From: an uncultured Actinomycetes bacterium
GTDB lineage: Bacteria; Actinomycetota; Thermoleophilia; UBA2241
Direction of reading: 5' to 3'
Length of the DNA: 64,000 bases
Assembly (NCBI GenBank): GCA_963709345.1
Contig: CAVPVX010000004.1
Span: 319,257-383,256 of the forward strand
Each line of letters opens with the position of its first letter. Position 1 is the stretch's first letter. Below the pieces are notes generated by a model, which had not been told where the DNA came from, made no database searches, and was given only the letters and a program-made list of their open reading frames with translations. A program made the translations under genes and the position numbers. Below, one piece after another: positions 1-10,348 of the stretch.

Positions 1-96
1 CGTTACGGGGCGACGCTCGATCAGGACGGCCTCGGCATCGACGCGTGGCGGGCCGTGGAGCGGATGCGGACGCCGCCGTCTATAATCGGGGAGTGA
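1..96 (+). CDS. 3' end of an unidentified upstream gene (partial)
   Basis: Frame 1 is open from base 1 to TGA 94-96, which overlaps the GTG at 93 (GTGA coupling). No product is recognisable. Confidence 0.3.
   Translation, partial: RYGATLDQDGLGIDAWRAVERMRTPPSIIGE
81..86 (+). promoter_or_regulatory. possible -10 box (TATAAT) for a leaderless aor transcript
   Basis: Perfect TATAAT in very GC-rich DNA, 6 nt before GTG 93. Confidence 0.35.
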
Positions 97-1994
97 CTCC
101 GCCCCGTTCAGCCCTGCTTCCACTCCGCGGTCTGCGCCTCGACCTCTCGCGGCGAACCTGCGTCGAAGAAGAAGTGTCGGCCGACGTGGCGTGGAGTTTC
201 CTCGGCGGCCGCGGCCTGGGCGCGTATCTGGCTCTGCGAGAGAAACTGTACGAGGTTCTGCCGCTCTCTCCGGAGAACCAGCTCATCTTCGCTCCGGGAC
301 CGCTCACCGGTACCGGAGCGCCGGCCAGCGGCCGCTACAGCGTGACCAGCCGTTCGCCGCTCACCGGCACCGTCTTCGACGGCAACTCGGGTGGCAACTT
401 CGGCAACGCCCTCCGGCGCCTGGGCTGGGACTACCTCATCCTCACCGGGGCGCTGGACGAACCCGGCTACGTCACCGTAGGCCTGCCCGGCGCCGCGGGC
501 GGCGAGCTGCTGCCCTGCGCCGGCGATGCCGCGATCCACCCGGCCGGCGCGCTCTGGGGCACGGACGTGCCGGCGACGCTCTCGCGTCTCCGGGAGCTGC
601 ACCCGAAGTCCGAGGCCGGGGTCATCGGCCCCGCCGGGGAGCGCGGCGTCCTCTTCGGCAGCATCGTGAACAACCGCGGCCGCTCCATCGGTCGCGGAGG
701 TCTGGGCACCGTGATGGGGTCCAAGCGTCTCAAGGCTCTCGTCATCAGCGGGCACGGCGACCACCGGCCCGCCGTCGCCGACCCCGAGCGGCTCGAGTTC
801 ATCGTGTACGAGGCCGAGAAGCTGCTCAAGGCCAACCCCATCACCTCGACGGCGCTCCCCGAGTTCGGCACCTCGGTGCTCGTCAACGTGCTGAACCAGG
901 CCGGCGCGATGCCGACCCGGAACCACCGCGAGAGCCAGTTCGAGGGCGCCGCCGCCATCTCCGGCGAGATGCTCAAGAAGGACCACGTCAACCGCCGCTC
1001 TGCCTGCCGCGGCTGCATCATCGGGTGCGCCCGGCGCACCAGCGCCGGCGGGGAGAGTGGCGAGGGCCCCGAGTACGAGTCCATCTGGGCTCTGGGGGCG
1101 GAGTGCGGCGTCGCCGACCTGACGGCGATCGTGCAGGCGAACTACGCCTGCAACCGCGCCGGCATGGACACCATCACCATGGGCGTCACCATCGCCTGCG
1201 CCATGGACCTCACCGAAGAGGGTCTGCTGTCCGGCGGCCCGCGGTTCGGCGACGCGCGCGCGATCATCGAGTTGGCCGAGGCCACGGCGACGGGGGAGGG
1301 CCTTGGCGCCGAGCTCGGGCTCGGCTCGGCGCGCTTCGCCGCGCTCCACGGCCGTCCGGATCTGTCGATGAGCGTGAAGGCTCTCGAGGTGCCGGCGTAC
1401 GATCCCCGCGGCATGAAGGCACAGGGCCTCGCCTACGCGACCAGCAACCGCGGGGGCTGCCACCTGCGCGCCAACATGCTCGGCCCGGAGATCCTCGGCG
1501 TGCCTAAGATGGTCGACCGCTTCGCGACCCTCGGCAAGGCCGGGCTGCTGATCAACATGCAGAACCTCAACGCCGTGCTCGACTCGCTCAGCGTCTGCAA
1601 GTTCACCGCCTTCGCGATGAAGGAGGACTACTACGCGCGCCAGCTCAGTGCCGTCTGGGGCGAGCCCGTCGAGCCGCAGGAGTTGCTGCTGCTCGGCGAG
1701 CGCATCTGGAACGCCGAGCGTCTGTTCAACCTTGCCGCCGGGTTCACGCGCGCCGACGACACGCTCCCGCCCCGGCTCCTGTACGAGCCTGTGCCGGCCG
1801 GGCCCTCCGAAGGCCAGGTGGTAGACTTGCCCCCCATGCTCGACGAGTACTACATCTCGCGTGGCTGGGACGGCGGCGGACGGCCTTTGCCGGCCAAGCT
1901 CGAGCAGCTCGAGCTGACGGGCCTGGCGGCGGCCGCCGGCGGAGCCGGCGCGGCTGCGCCACCCGGCCCGGCCGCGGGCGAGGCCGCCCCGTGA
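93..1994 (+). CDS. aor: tungsten-dependent aldehyde:ferredoxin oxidoreductase (AOR family)
   Basis: Motifs LGGRGLG, SPLTG, GRGGLGxVMGSKxLKA, CxGCxIxC, GPEYE, DTITMG, YDPRG, RGGCH and EYYxxRGWD. Start placed at GTG 93 from the GTGA overlap. Confidence 0.93.
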   Translation: MTPPRSALLPLRGLRLDLSRRTCVEEEVSADVAWSFLGGRGLGAYLALREKLYEVLPLSPENQLIFAPGPLTGTGAPASGRYSVTSRSPLTGTVFDGNSGGNFGNALRRLGWDYLILTGALDEPGYVTVGLPGAAGGELLPCAGDAAIHPAGALWGTDVPATLSRLRELHPKSEAGVIGPAGERGVLFGSIVNNRGRSIGRGGLGTVMGSKRLKALVISGHGDHRPAVADPERLEFIVYEAEKLLKANPITSTALPEFGTSVLVNVLNQAGAMPTRNHRESQFEGAAAISGEMLKKDHVNRRSACRGCIIGCARRTSAGGESGEGPEYESIWALGAECGVADLTAIVQANYACNRAGMDTITMGVTIACAMDLTEEGLLSGGPRFGDARAIIELAEATATGEGLGAELGLGSARFAALHGRPDLSMSVKALEVPAYDPRGMKAQGLAYATSNRGGCHLRANMLGPEILGVPKMVDRFATLGKAGLLINMQNLNAVLDSLSVCKFTAFAMKEDYYARQLSAVWGEPVEPQELLLLGERIWNAERLFNLAAGFTRADDTLPPRLLYEPVPAGPSEGQVVDLPPMLDEYYISRGWDGGGRPLPAKLEQLELTGLAAAAGGAGAAAPPGPAAGEAAP

Positions 1995-2599
1995 GTTCGG
2001 CCGTCCTCGAGCAGTTCCGCAGCGTCGGCCGCGACCTCTTCGTCGCCGGCGTCGTCAGCTCGCACGGCGGAAACATGAGTGTGCGCATGGGCGATCGCAT
2101 CCTCATCACCCGGCGTGGCTCGATGCTCGCGCGTTTGGAGGAGCGGGACATCATCGAGACCGGGCTCGACGAGAACGACGCCAACGTGATGCTCGCCAGC
2201 ACCGAGATCAACGTGCACCGCGCCATCTACCAGGGCACCGCCGCGCAGGCGATCGTGCACGCGCACCCGCCCTACACGATCGCTCGCTCGCTCGTCTGCG
2301 ACGAGATCGTGCCCGTCGACAGTGAGGGCTCGTACCTCCTGCACAAGGTGCCGATCGTACACACCGAGCTCACCGCCGGGTCGAAGGAAGTCGCGGAACT
2401 GCTGCGGCACGGGCTCAAGGAGTACGACATCGTGATGCTCCGGGGCCACGGCCCCTTCGCCATCGGGCACCTGCTCGAGGAGGCCTACCAGCTCACCAGC
2501 GTGTTGGAGATGTCGTGCCGGATCATGACCATCGCCGATGGGCTCGGCGATCAGGTCAAGGAGTACCGCAAGGGGTCAGAGCGGTACGAGACCTGGTGA
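1991..2599 (+). CDS. class II aldolase/adducin family protein (FucA-like)
   Basis: GNxS, ITxxG, ASxE..H, HAHP and LRGHG Zn-binding motifs. Overlaps the aor stop (GTGA). Confidence 0.88.
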   Translation: MSSAVLEQFRSVGRDLFVAGVVSSHGGNMSVRMGDRILITRRGSMLARLEERDIIETGLDENDANVMLASTEINVHRAIYQGTAAQAIVHAHPPYTIARSLVCDEIVPVDSEGSYLLHKVPIVHTELTAGSKEVAELLRHGLKEYDIVMLRGHGPFAIGHLLEEAYQLTSVLEMSCRIMTIADGLGDQVKEYRKGSERYETW

Positions 2600-2644
2600 C
2601 GCGGGGCTGACCGGCAGGCCGGCCGTGACGCTCCCCGGCGGTCG

Positions 2645-4906
2645 TCAGAACCAGTGCAGACGCGCGAACCACCCGGGGAGCGGGCTGCCGAGGCCGGCGG
2701 ACGCCAGGGCCGGCGGCCTCGCGACCAAGGCCCCCGCGAGCGTCGTGCCTCCCATGTTCACCGACGCCTCCGTCGGCGTGGTCGTCGGCGTCGGCTTGGG
2801 AGTCGTCGGCGTCGGCTTGGGAGTCGTCGGCGTCGGCTTGGGAGTCGTCGGCGTCGGCGTCGGGGTGACCGTGGGCTTGATCGTCTTCGTCGGGCCGGGC
2901 GACGGGGAACCGCTCTCGTCGGTGGACGGCGACGCCGACGGCGACCGCTCCTGCATCTCGCCTTCCCACTTGCTGAAGGTCCACGGGTAGTCCTTGAAGC
3001 TCGGGTGGGGCTGCTTCTCGAGTGCTTTCGCGAAGTACTTCGCCCACATCGGCGCGCAGTACGTGCCTCCGAAGGCGCCGTCCATCGGCGAGTTCTTCTC
3101 GGCGTCGCCCATCCACACGGCCGCGGAGAGGTTCGGTGTGTATCCGCAGTACCAGACGTCCCATCCGTTCTCGGTGGTGCCGGTCTTGCCGGCGCGCGGG
3201 TACGGGAAGTACGAGCCGGTCGCCGAGCCGGTGCCGCCGGAAGCCACGCGCTCGAGGCACTCCGTCACGACGCTGGCCACGCCGGCGGGGATGGCGCGCT
3301 TGCCCGTGGTCTTGGGCTTCCAGTCGACGCGTCCGCCGGGAAGCACGACCTTGACGATCGCCTGCGGCCGGTGACGGATGCCGCCGGCGGCGAGGGTCGC
3401 GTAGGCGTCGGCCATCTCGAGCGGCGTCACGCCGGAGGTGCCGAGGGTGATCGACGGCACCGCCTCGAGCGGGCTTGTGACGCCCATGCGGTGCGCCACG
3501 TCGACGGTCGTATCAGGACCTACATCGACGCTGAGCTGGGCGAAGACGACGTTGTCGGAGATGGTCGTGGCGGCGGACACGCTCTCGGGGCCGCCCGGGC
3601 CGTCGCCGTTGACCACCCAGGGCTCGGCGTAGGCGCCCATCGGGATGATGATGGGGCTCTTGGACGAGTAGTAGGTGGTGTCCGGGTCCATGCCCTTCTC
3701 CACCGCCGCCGTGAGCACGAAGGGCTTCATCGCGGACCCCGGCTGGCGCCGCGCCTGCCAGGCGAGGTTGAACTTCTGCGTCTTGTAGTCTAGACCCCCG
3801 ACCATTGTGCGGATGTAGCCGGTTCTCGGGTCGATGGCGACCAGGGCGGCCGACGGCTTGAAGCCGAAGTCCAGAGGCTCCGTCGTGCCCCTGAGGATGT
3901 CGATGGCGTCGCGCTGCCAGTCCATGTCGATGCTCGTGTGCACGCGCAGGCCGCCCTCGAACACCTGGCGCGAGCCGTATCTCTTGGTGAGCACGCGGGT
4001 GACATAGTCGACGAAGTAGTCGGCCATGTTGTTGTTGTTGTTGGGGGGCCGTTTGTAGACGCTGAGCTTGGTCTGCGCCATCGTCGTCGCCCGCTCCTGG
4101 GTGATGTACCCCTGGTCGGCCATGAGCTGGAGCACCTTGTTGCGCTGCTCGCGGGCGAGCTTGGGGTCGGCGGTCGGCGAGTACTGCGTGGGGAACTTGG
4201 GCAGCGCCGCCAGGAGCGCCGCCTCTTTGAGGCGCAGCCCGGAGGCGTGCTTGTGGAAGTAGGTGCGCGCCGCCGCCTCGACGCCGTACGCGCCGGCGCC
4301 GTAGTACACGGTGTTGAGGTACTCCGTGAGGATCCGGTCCTTCGACCAGCGGTCCTCGAGCTGCCAGGCGAGGACGGCCTCGCGGAGCTTGCGTGTGTAG
4401 GTGCGCTCGCTGCCGACGTAGGCGTTCTTGACGTACTGCGCCGTGATCGTGGACCCGCCCTGCACGACGCCCCCGGCGCGCAGGTTCTCGACCATGGCGC
4501 GGGCCACGCCCTGGTAGTCGACGCCGTGGTGCTGGTAGAAGCGCGCATCCTCCACCGCTACAGTCGCCTGCTTCATCACGTCGGGGATCTTGCTGCTCGG
4601 CACGAGGACGCGGTTCTCGGCGCCGTGGAGCTCGGCGATCACCTCGCCGCGGCGGTCGTAGATCACCGTGTTGACGGCGTTGGGCTGCTTGCGCAACTCC
4701 TCGAGCGACGGGAGGTCGCGCGAGAGCGCGAAGATCGCGCCTGCGGCGACGGACATCCCGGCGATGATCAGGAGGAGCAGCGCGACCAGGAAGAGCTTGA
4801 CCCAGAGCCACTTGCGGCGTCCGGCGGCGGCCTTCTTGCGTCGCCGCTGCCGGCCCCGGCGCGGGACGTCGTCGGGGTCTGTGCGGTATCGGGTGTACTC
4901 AGCCAT
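2645..4906 (-). CDS. class A penicillin-binding protein (PBP1A family) with Pro/Thr-rich C-terminal tail
   Basis: N-terminal TM; glycosyltransferase motifs EDARFYxHHG, GGSTITxQ, RKLRE; transpeptidase motifs SAMK, SDN, KTG. Confidence 0.93.
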   Translation of the reverse strand: MAEYTRYRTDPDDVPRRGRQRRRKKAAAGRRKWLWVKLFLVALLLLIIAGMSVAAGAIFALSRDLPSLEELRKQPNAVNTVIYDRRGEVIAELHGAENRVLVPSSKIPDVMKQATVAVEDARFYQHHGVDYQGVARAMVENLRAGGVVQGGSTITAQYVKNAYVGSERTYTRKLREAVLAWQLEDRWSKDRILTEYLNTVYYGAGAYGVEAAARTYFHKHASGLRLKEAALLAALPKFPTQYSPTADPKLAREQRNKVLQLMADQGYITQERATTMAQTKLSVYKRPPNNNNNMADYFVDYVTRVLTKRYGSRQVFEGGLRVHTSIDMDWQRDAIDILRGTTEPLDFGFKPSAALVAIDPRTGYIRTMVGGLDYKTQKFNLAWQARRQPGSAMKPFVLTAAVEKGMDPDTTYYSSKSPIIIPMGAYAEPWVVNGDGPGGPESVSAATTISDNVVFAQLSVDVGPDTTVDVAHRMGVTSPLEAVPSITLGTSGVTPLEMADAYATLAAGGIRHRPQAIVKVVLPGGRVDWKPKTTGKRAIPAGVASVVTECLERVASGGTGSATGSYFPYPRAGKTGTTENGWDVWYCGYTPNLSAAVWMGDAEKNSPMDGAFGGTYCAPMWAKYFAKALEKQPHPSFKDYPWTFSKWEGEMQERSPSASPSTDESGSPSPGPTKTIKPTVTPTPTPTTPKPTPTTPKPTPTTPKPTPTTTPTEASVNMGGTTLAGALVARPPALASAGLGSPLPGWFARLHWF
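2781..2843. repeat. 21-bp tandem repeat x3 (coding, TPTTPKP-type linker in the PBP tail)
   Basis: gtcgtcggcgtcggcttggga occurs three times exactly. Confidence 0.9.
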
Positions 4907-4914
4907 GGCCTACC

Positions 4915-4920
4915 ATTGTA
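4915..4920 (-). promoter_or_regulatory. -10 box TACAAT, leaderless promoter of the PBP gene
   Basis: TACAAT 8 nt upstream of ATG 4906, with little room for a Shine-Dalgarno. Confidence 0.5.
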
Positions 4921-4965
4921 CTCGACGAGGGACGCGCCGGCGTTCCCGCGGGTTCACGTCGAGAT

Positions 4966-5775
4966 TCACGCCGGCGCGCGGCTTGCCCCTTCGTCGTCGC
5001 GACCTTCCTTCTCATCCTCAGCGCTCGCGGCCTTCTCCTTCTTCGGCTGCACCAGGCGGGCCAGGACGATCGACGCCTCGTACAGGACGTACAGCGGTAC
5101 GAACATGGCCAGCATGGAGAAGGCGTCCTGCGACGGCGTGATGAAGGCCGCCATGACCGCGAGGACGAGGATGGCGTAGCGCCGGTACTTGCGCAGGAAG
5201 CGGTCGTCGATCACCCCGACCTTGGCGAGTAACACCAGCACCACGGGCAGCTCGAACACCACGCCGAAGGCGAGGATGAAGAGCGCCATGAAGGTGAAGT
5301 AGTCGCTGGCCCGGTTCTGGACGTTGAAGAAGCCGGAGCTGAAGTTGAGCAGAAAACCGAGGCCTCGCGGCAACACGAGGAAATACGCGAGCGCGATGCC
5401 GCCGAGGAACAACCCCGTCGAGGCGAAGACCACGGGGTAGAAGTAGCGCTTCTCCGTCGGCGTGAACGCCGGCGCCAGGAATGCCCACATCTGCCAGATG
5501 AGGATCGGTGAGGCCATGATCAGCCCGCCGGCGACCCAGACCTTGAGGCTGACCATGAACGGCTCGGCGGGACTGAACGTGGTGATCTGGTACGCCTCTT
5601 CCGGCAGGCCTTTCACTTGGCGGAGGGGCCACAAGAGCGCATCGAACACGAAGCTGTTGAAGACCGCCGCGACGAGCACGCCTGCGGTGACTGCGAGGAT
5701 GGAGCGGAAGAGCCGCTTGCGCAACTCGTCGAGGTGCTCGAGCAGCGGAAGGCGATCGTCGGGGGAGATGGGCAT
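4966..5775 (-). CDS. tatC: twin-arginine translocase subunit TatC
   Basis: LLEHLDELRKRL, PxEPF, QxWxFxAP, FELP, TPxxD motifs; six TM segments. Confidence 0.95.
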   Translation of the reverse strand: MPISPDDRLPLLEHLDELRKRLFRSILAVTAGVLVAAVFNSFVFDALLWPLRQVKGLPEEAYQITTFSPAEPFMVSLKVWVAGGLIMASPILIWQMWAFLAPAFTPTEKRYFYPVVFASTGLFLGGIALAYFLVLPRGLGFLLNFSSGFFNVQNRASDYFTFMALFILAFGVVFELPVVLVLLAKVGVIDDRFLRKYRRYAILVLAVMAAFITPSQDAFSMLAMFVPLYVLYEASIVLARLVQPKKEKAASAEDEKEGRDDEGASRAPA

Positions 5776-5781
5776 CGCTGC

Positions 5782-6324
5782 TCAGGAACCCGGGGCGAGG
5801 TCGTCGGCGGAGTCCGGCTCGCCGGCGTCAGGAGAATCCGAGGGCGCGGGCGTCTCGGCGAGGCCCGCCGGGCCGGCGGGCTCGGCGGGAGCGCCCGGCG
5901 AGTCTCCGGCTTGCGGTGCGCCCGGCGAGTCTGCGGCTTCCGGAGCGCCGGGAGATCCGGGGGCTCCGGCCGTCGCGGCAGCGCTTTCGTCGGTGGCGGC
6001 AGCTCCCGCGACGGCGCCCGCGACCGCCGCGGCCTCCACCGTCTCGCCGCCGCTCGCGGCGGCACCCGGCGCACCCGGCGCGGGCGCCTCGATGGCCGAC
6101 TTCAGGTCGACGGTCGACTTGAGGTCGCTGACGGTGGACTTGACGGAGCTGATCTCGGAAGCGACGTCGTCGAGGCCGAGTTCCGTGCGCGCCGTGGCGG
6201 CGGCATTGCGGAACTCGCGGATGCCCTTGCCGAGCGACCGGCCCATCTGCGGCAGTTGCTTGGGTCCGAAGACGAGCAACGCCAAGACGAGGACGACGAC
6301 TATCTCGATGGGTCCGACGTTCAC
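5782..6324 (-). CDS. tatA: TatA/TatB family subunit with long Ala/Pro/Gly-rich tail
   Basis: GPxEIxxxLVLALLVFGPKQLPxxGRSLGKGIREFR; lies directly upstream of tatC. Confidence 0.9.
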   Translation of the reverse strand: MNVGPIEIVVVLVLALLVFGPKQLPQMGRSLGKGIREFRNAAATARTELGLDDVASEISSVKSTVSDLKSTVDLKSAIEAPAPGAPGAAASGGETVEAAAVAGAVAGAAATDESAAATAGAPGSPGAPEAADSPGAPQAGDSPGAPAEPAGPAGLAETPAPSDSPDAGEPDSADDLAPGS

Positions 6325-6509
6325 AGGAGGGGCACCTCGTTAGGGGGTATCGTGCCACTCCATCGTACGAGCCGCGGGGCCGCAGGTCAACGCGGCGCAC
6401 GGCGAGCGTCCAAAGTCGTCGTCCAGATGTGGCCAATGCGTCGCCCGCTGGCGTGATTCCCCTGCAAAAGGGGGCTTGCCGCACATACCCCCTCCGGTTT
6501 CCCCGTCAG

Positions 6510-6539
6510 TTGCGTCGCGAGAAGCTGCTTTGGTAGAGT
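6510..6539 (+). promoter_or_regulatory. candidate sigma70-type promoter of the nuo operon
   Basis: TTGCGT-18 nt-TAGAGT with a TG extended -10, in the divergent tatA/nuoA intergenic region. Confidence 0.35.
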
Positions 6540-6594
6540 ACGCCGACGGTCCGCTCGGTCTCTGGTGGCAGGGGCTCGGGCCATCCACCTTCAG

Positions 6595-6963
6595 ATGACA
6601 AGCACATATCTCACCAACTGGTTGTACGTATGGCTGTTCATCGCCGCCGGCGGTGCGCTGGTCGTTCTCATCCTGCTCTTTTCCAAGCTCATCAACCCGA
6701 GTCACCTCACGCCCGAGAAGCTGCAGCCCTACGAGTGCGGCATCCCTCCGGTCGGCAATCCCTGGCAGCCGTTCGCGGTGCGCTACTTCGTGTACGGGCT
6801 CCTGTTCCTGGTGTTCGATGTGGAAGCCGCGTTCCTGTTCCCCTGGGCGCTCGTCTTCCGCTCGCTGGGCCCGGCCGGGTTCATCGAGATGCTCCTGTTC
6901 ATCGCCGTGCTGGCCCTCGGGCTTCTGTACGCCTGGCGCAAGGGGGCTCTCGAGTGGGCGTAG
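6595..6963 (+). CDS. nuoA: NADH-quinone oxidoreductase subunit A
   Basis: KxxPYECG, FLVFDVE, FPWA and [10 protein letters not shown] motifs. Confidence 0.95.
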   Translation: MTSTYLTNWLYVWLFIAAGGALVVLILLFSKLINPSHLTPEKLQPYECGIPPVGNPWQPFAVRYFVYGLLFLVFDVEAAFLFPWALVFRSLGPAGFIEMLLFIAVLALGLLYAWRKGALEWA

Positions 6964-7523
6964 GCGACTATCTGCCGGAGCGCGTCAAGGCCGTCCGGTA
7001 TCCCAAGCTCGAGCACTTCAGCGAGCCCAACGTCATCACTACGACGGCCGACTTCATCTTCAGCTGGGCGCGCTCGCACTCGGTGTTCCCGTTCACGTAC
7101 GGCCTCGCCTGCTGCGCCATCGAGATGCTGAGCTCCGGGTTCGCCCGCTTCGACGTGGCGCGCTACGGCATGGAGGTCTTCCGGCCGACACCGCGCCAGT
7201 GCGACCTCATGATCGTCGCCGGTACCGTCAACGAGAAGATGGCGCCGGTCCTCAAGCGCCTGTACGACCAGATGGCGGAGCCCAAGTGGGTCATCAGCAT
7301 GGGCGCCTGCGCGACCAGCGGCGGCCCCTTCTACGACGGCTACAACGTCGTGAACGGGGTCGACAAGATCGTCCCGGTCGACGTGTACATCCCCGGGTGC
7401 CCGCCGCGTCCCGAGGCGCTGTTCCAGGGGCTGCTGGAGCTCCAGGTCAAGATCCAGCAGCACAAGTTCGTCGCCGAGAAGCCGGCCATCGCCGAGGCCG
7501 CCGCACCGGATGGGGAGGCCTGA
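6954..7523 (+). CDS. nuoB: NADH-quinone oxidoreductase subunit B (cluster N2)
   Basis: GLACCAIEM, PRQxD, [13 protein letters not shown] and [16 protein letters not shown] start overlaps the nuoA end. Confidence 0.95.
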   Translation: MGVGDYLPERVKAVRYPKLEHFSEPNVITTTADFIFSWARSHSVFPFTYGLACCAIEMLSSGFARFDVARYGMEVFRPTPRQCDLMIVAGTVNEKMAPVLKRLYDQMAEPKWVISMGACATSGGPFYDGYNVVNGVDKIVPVDVYIPGCPPRPEALFQGLLELQVKIQQHKFVAEKPAIAEAAAPDGEA

Positions 7524-7527
7524 GCGC

Positions 7528-8022
7528 ATGGGTCTCGAGATCGGCACTCACCCGATGGGCATGGACGAGATCGCGGCGCTGCTTGCCGAGCGCTTCGCCG
7601 CCGAGTTCTTTGACGTGCGCGTGCAGGAGCCGGTCACCGTGGTCGCGCGCTGCGCCCGCGAGAATCTGGCAGGCGTCGCGAGGAGTCTCAAAGAGCATCC
7701 GGATGTCGGGTACGAGACCCTCAACTGGATCGCCGGCGTCGACCACGTGAAGTACTTCGAGAGCGTGTACCACGTGTACAGCTGGAAGACCAACACCTAT
7801 CTCGAGCTTCACGTCGAGGTGCCTTGCGCCACGCCCGAGGTCGAGACCGTCAGCGCTGTATGGCCCGCCGCCGATTGGCACGAGCGCGAGTCCTTCGACA
7901 TGGTCGGCATCGTCTACACCGGCCATCCCGACCTGCGCCGCATCCTGCTCAAGGACGACTTCATCGGGCACCCGCTGCGCAAAGACTACGTCGACCTCGC
8001 CGAGAACCACCCGCATGTTTGA
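7528..8022 (+). CDS. nuoC: NADH-quinone oxidoreductase subunit C
   Basis: [38 protein letters not shown]. Confidence 0.93.
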   Translation: MGLEIGTHPMGMDEIAALLAERFAAEFFDVRVQEPVTVVARCARENLAGVARSLKEHPDVGYETLNWIAGVDHVKYFESVYHVYSWKTNTYLELHVEVPCATPEVETVSAVWPAADWHERESFDMVGIVYTGHPDLRRILLKDDFIGHPLRKDYVDLAENHPHV

Positions 8023-9229
8023 CGAGTTCGAGACACCCGAGCCGGACGAGGCCGTCAAGCTCGCGCTGCGCCGCATCGACGAAGCGACGGCGCGCGGCGA
8101 GGGCTCGGACGCCGACGGCCTCGCCTTCAACGAGTTGGTCGTCAACATGGGGCCGCAGCATCCCAGCACGCACGGCGTGCTGCGCCTCGTGGTCACGCTT
8201 GACGGCGAGTTGGTCAAAGACGTCATCCCGGTCGTCGGCTACCTGCACCGGTGCAAAGAGAAGCTCGCCGAGCGCCGCACCTACTACCAATACATCCCCA
8301 TAGTCGATCGCACCGAGTACCTGGCCAGCATCAACTGCGAGTGGGCCTACGTCATGACCGTCGAGAAGCTCGCCGGCATCCAGCCGACGCGGCGGGCGGA
8401 GTTCATCCGCGTCATCACCGGCGAGCTCATGCGCATCGCCAGCCACCAGGTCGCCGTCGGCACCTTCACCGCCGACCTCTCGCCGCTGGGCACGGCCATG
8501 ATCTTCTACATGTTCCGCGACCGTGAGTACATCCTCGACCTCCTCGAGGAGCTTACGGGCGCGCGCATGATGTTCAACTACTTCCGCTTCGGCGGCGTGC
8601 GCTACGACCTGCCGGACGGCTGGACCTCAAGGTGTCGCGCGTTCATGAAGAAGCTGCCGAAGCTCATCGACGAGTACGAGTCGCTGGTCGACGACAACGC
8701 GATCTTCCTGCAGCGCACCCAGGGCAAGGGCGTCATCACCCAGCAGGACGTCGTCGACTACGGCATCACCGGACCGTGCGCACGCGCCTCGGCGGTCGCC
8801 CACGACCTGCGCCGCACGCGGCCGTACTCGGTGTACCCGGAGCTCGATTTCGAGGTCTGCACGCTCGACCACGGGGACATCTTCGACCGCTACAAAGTCC
8901 GTATGAACGAGATGCGCGAGAGCATCAGGATCGTCGAGCAGTGCCTGGACATGCTGCCCAAGGGGCCGGTGCAGACCGGCTCGCTGCGCGCTCCCTACGT
9001 CATCACGCCGCCGCCCGGCTCCTGCTACGTCGGTCAGGAGAATCCACGTGGCGAGTACGGCACCTACATCGAGAGCGACGGCTCGAGGTATCCGTACCGG
9101 CTCAAGTACCGCGACCCGTGCTTCTGCAACCTGCAGATCTTCCCCAAGCTCCTCAGCGGCAACAAGATCGCCGACGCGGTGGCCATCTCGGGCAGCATCG
9201 ACCTCGTCCTCGGAGGCATCGACCGCTAG
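8015..9229 (+). CDS. nuoD: NADH-quinone oxidoreductase subunit D (quinone site)
   Basis: [19 protein letters not shown], DRxxY, ExPRGE and C-terminal GSIDxVxGxIDR. No NiFe CxxC ligands. Confidence 0.95.
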   Translation: MFDEFETPEPDEAVKLALRRIDEATARGEGSDADGLAFNELVVNMGPQHPSTHGVLRLVVTLDGELVKDVIPVVGYLHRCKEKLAERRTYYQYIPIVDRTEYLASINCEWAYVMTVEKLAGIQPTRRAEFIRVITGELMRIASHQVAVGTFTADLSPLGTAMIFYMFRDREYILDLLEELTGARMMFNYFRFGGVRYDLPDGWTSRCRAFMKKLPKLIDEYESLVDDNAIFLQRTQGKGVITQQDVVDYGITGPCARASAVAHDLRRTRPYSVYPELDFEVCTLDHGDIFDRYKVRMNEMRESIRIVEQCLDMLPKGPVQTGSLRAPYVITPPPGSCYVGQENPRGEYGTYIESDGSRYPYRLKYRDPCFCNLQIFPKLLSGNKIADAVAISGSIDLVLGGIDR

Positions 9230-10348
9230 ATGGACGTCCTGCTCGCCATCCTTCGCGCCCTCGCCTTCGTCGTCATCGCCTACACGGTGGTGTTCGTCGC
9301 GGCGCTGGTGAACATCGTCTTCGAGCGCCGCGTCCTCGCCTTCATGCAGGACCGCCACGGGCCCAACCGCACGGGCCCGCACGGCGTGCTGCAGAGCGTC
9401 GCCGACGCCTTCAAGATGATGGGGAAGGAGGACTTTCGCCCGCTGCTCGCCGACCCGTTCCTGTTCACGCTCGCCCCGGTCATGGTGATGATCGGGGCGG
9501 TGGCCGTGCAGTTGGTGCTCCCGTACACGGCCGGCATCACTGCGACCGACCTCAACGTCGGCGTCATCTTCATCGTCGCGATCACCAGCTTCACGACGTT
9601 GGCGATCCTGCTGGGCGGCTGGTCGTCGCGCAACAAGTACTCCCTGGTCGGCGCGCTGCGCGCCGCCGCCCAGATGATCAGCTACGAGATCCCCATGATC
9701 CTCGGCCTGATCGTCGTCGTCATGGTCGTCGGTTCGTTCAGCGTCTCCGCCGTTGTCGAGGCGCAGGCCGGCTTCCAGTGGATCGCGTTCTACGCGCCCT
9801 TCACCTTCCTGATCTTCTACATCGCCTCGATCGCGGAGCTCAATCGCGGCCCCTTCGATCTGCCCGAGTCCGAATCGGAGCTCGTGTCCGGCTACGGCAC
9901 CGAGTACTCGGGCATGCGCTTCGGCATGTTCTTCCTCAACGAATACGCCGGCATGACCATCATGTCGATGGTCGCCGTGACGCTGTTCTTCGGCGGCTGG
10001 CAGGGTCCGTACGACAGCGCCGTGGTGTTCTTGGGCGTGTCGTGGATAGGCCTCGCCTGGTTCATCCTCAAGACCTACGTGCTCGTCTTCGCCCTGGTCT
10101 GGATCCGCCTGTCGCTGCCGCGTCTGCAGGTCGACCAGCTCATGGGCTTCGCCTGGAAGATCCTCATCCCGCTCGGCCTTGCGAACATCCTCGCCACGGC
10201 GGCGGTGATGCTCTGGGTGCCGAGCTGGAAGTGGGGGCTCGCGGTCTTCAGCTGGGTCGCGCTCCTCGCCTTCGTCGGCCTCTTCGACCCGATCCTCAAG
10301 TACCGCCTGCGCAAGCAGCGTGAGCGCCGGCCGGTGGTGAGCGCCTGA
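9230..10348 (+). CDS. nuoH: NADH-quinone oxidoreductase subunit H
   Basis: ERRxxAxxQxRxGPNRxGP, NKYSLxGALRAAAQxISYE, NRxPFDLPExESEL, RxDQLM-type motif. Confidence 0.95.
   Translation: MDVLLAILRALAFVVIAYTVVFVAALVNIVFERRVLAFMQDRHGPNRTGPHGVLQSVADAFKMMGKEDFRPLLADPFLFTLAPVMVMIGAVAVQLVLPYTAGITATDLNVGVIFIVAITSFTTLAILLGGWSSRNKYSLVGALRAAAQMISYEIPMILGLIVVVMVVGSFSVSAVVEAQAGFQWIAFYAPFTFLIFYIASIAELNRGPFDLPESESELVSGYGTEYSGMRFGMFFLNEYAGMTIMSMVAVTLFFGGWQGPYDSAVVFLGVSWIGLAWFILKTYVLVFALVWIRLSLPRLQVDQLMGFAWKILIPLGLANILATAAVMLWVPSWKWGLAVFSWVALLAFVGLFDPILKYRLRKQRERRPVVSA

Noticed and set aside
4027-4041. (AAC)5 poly-Asn run in the PBP
   Set aside because: It is a short in-frame triplet run in an inter-domain linker with no functional evidence.
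9111-9135. RDPCFCNL in NuoD resembles the DPCxxC L2 motif of group 4 [NiFe]-hydrogenases
   Set aside because: It aligns with the ordinary NuoD RxPSFxNL segment about 30 aa before the end. There is no N-terminal RxCGxC, and the C-terminus is the NuoD-type GSIDxVxGxIDR.
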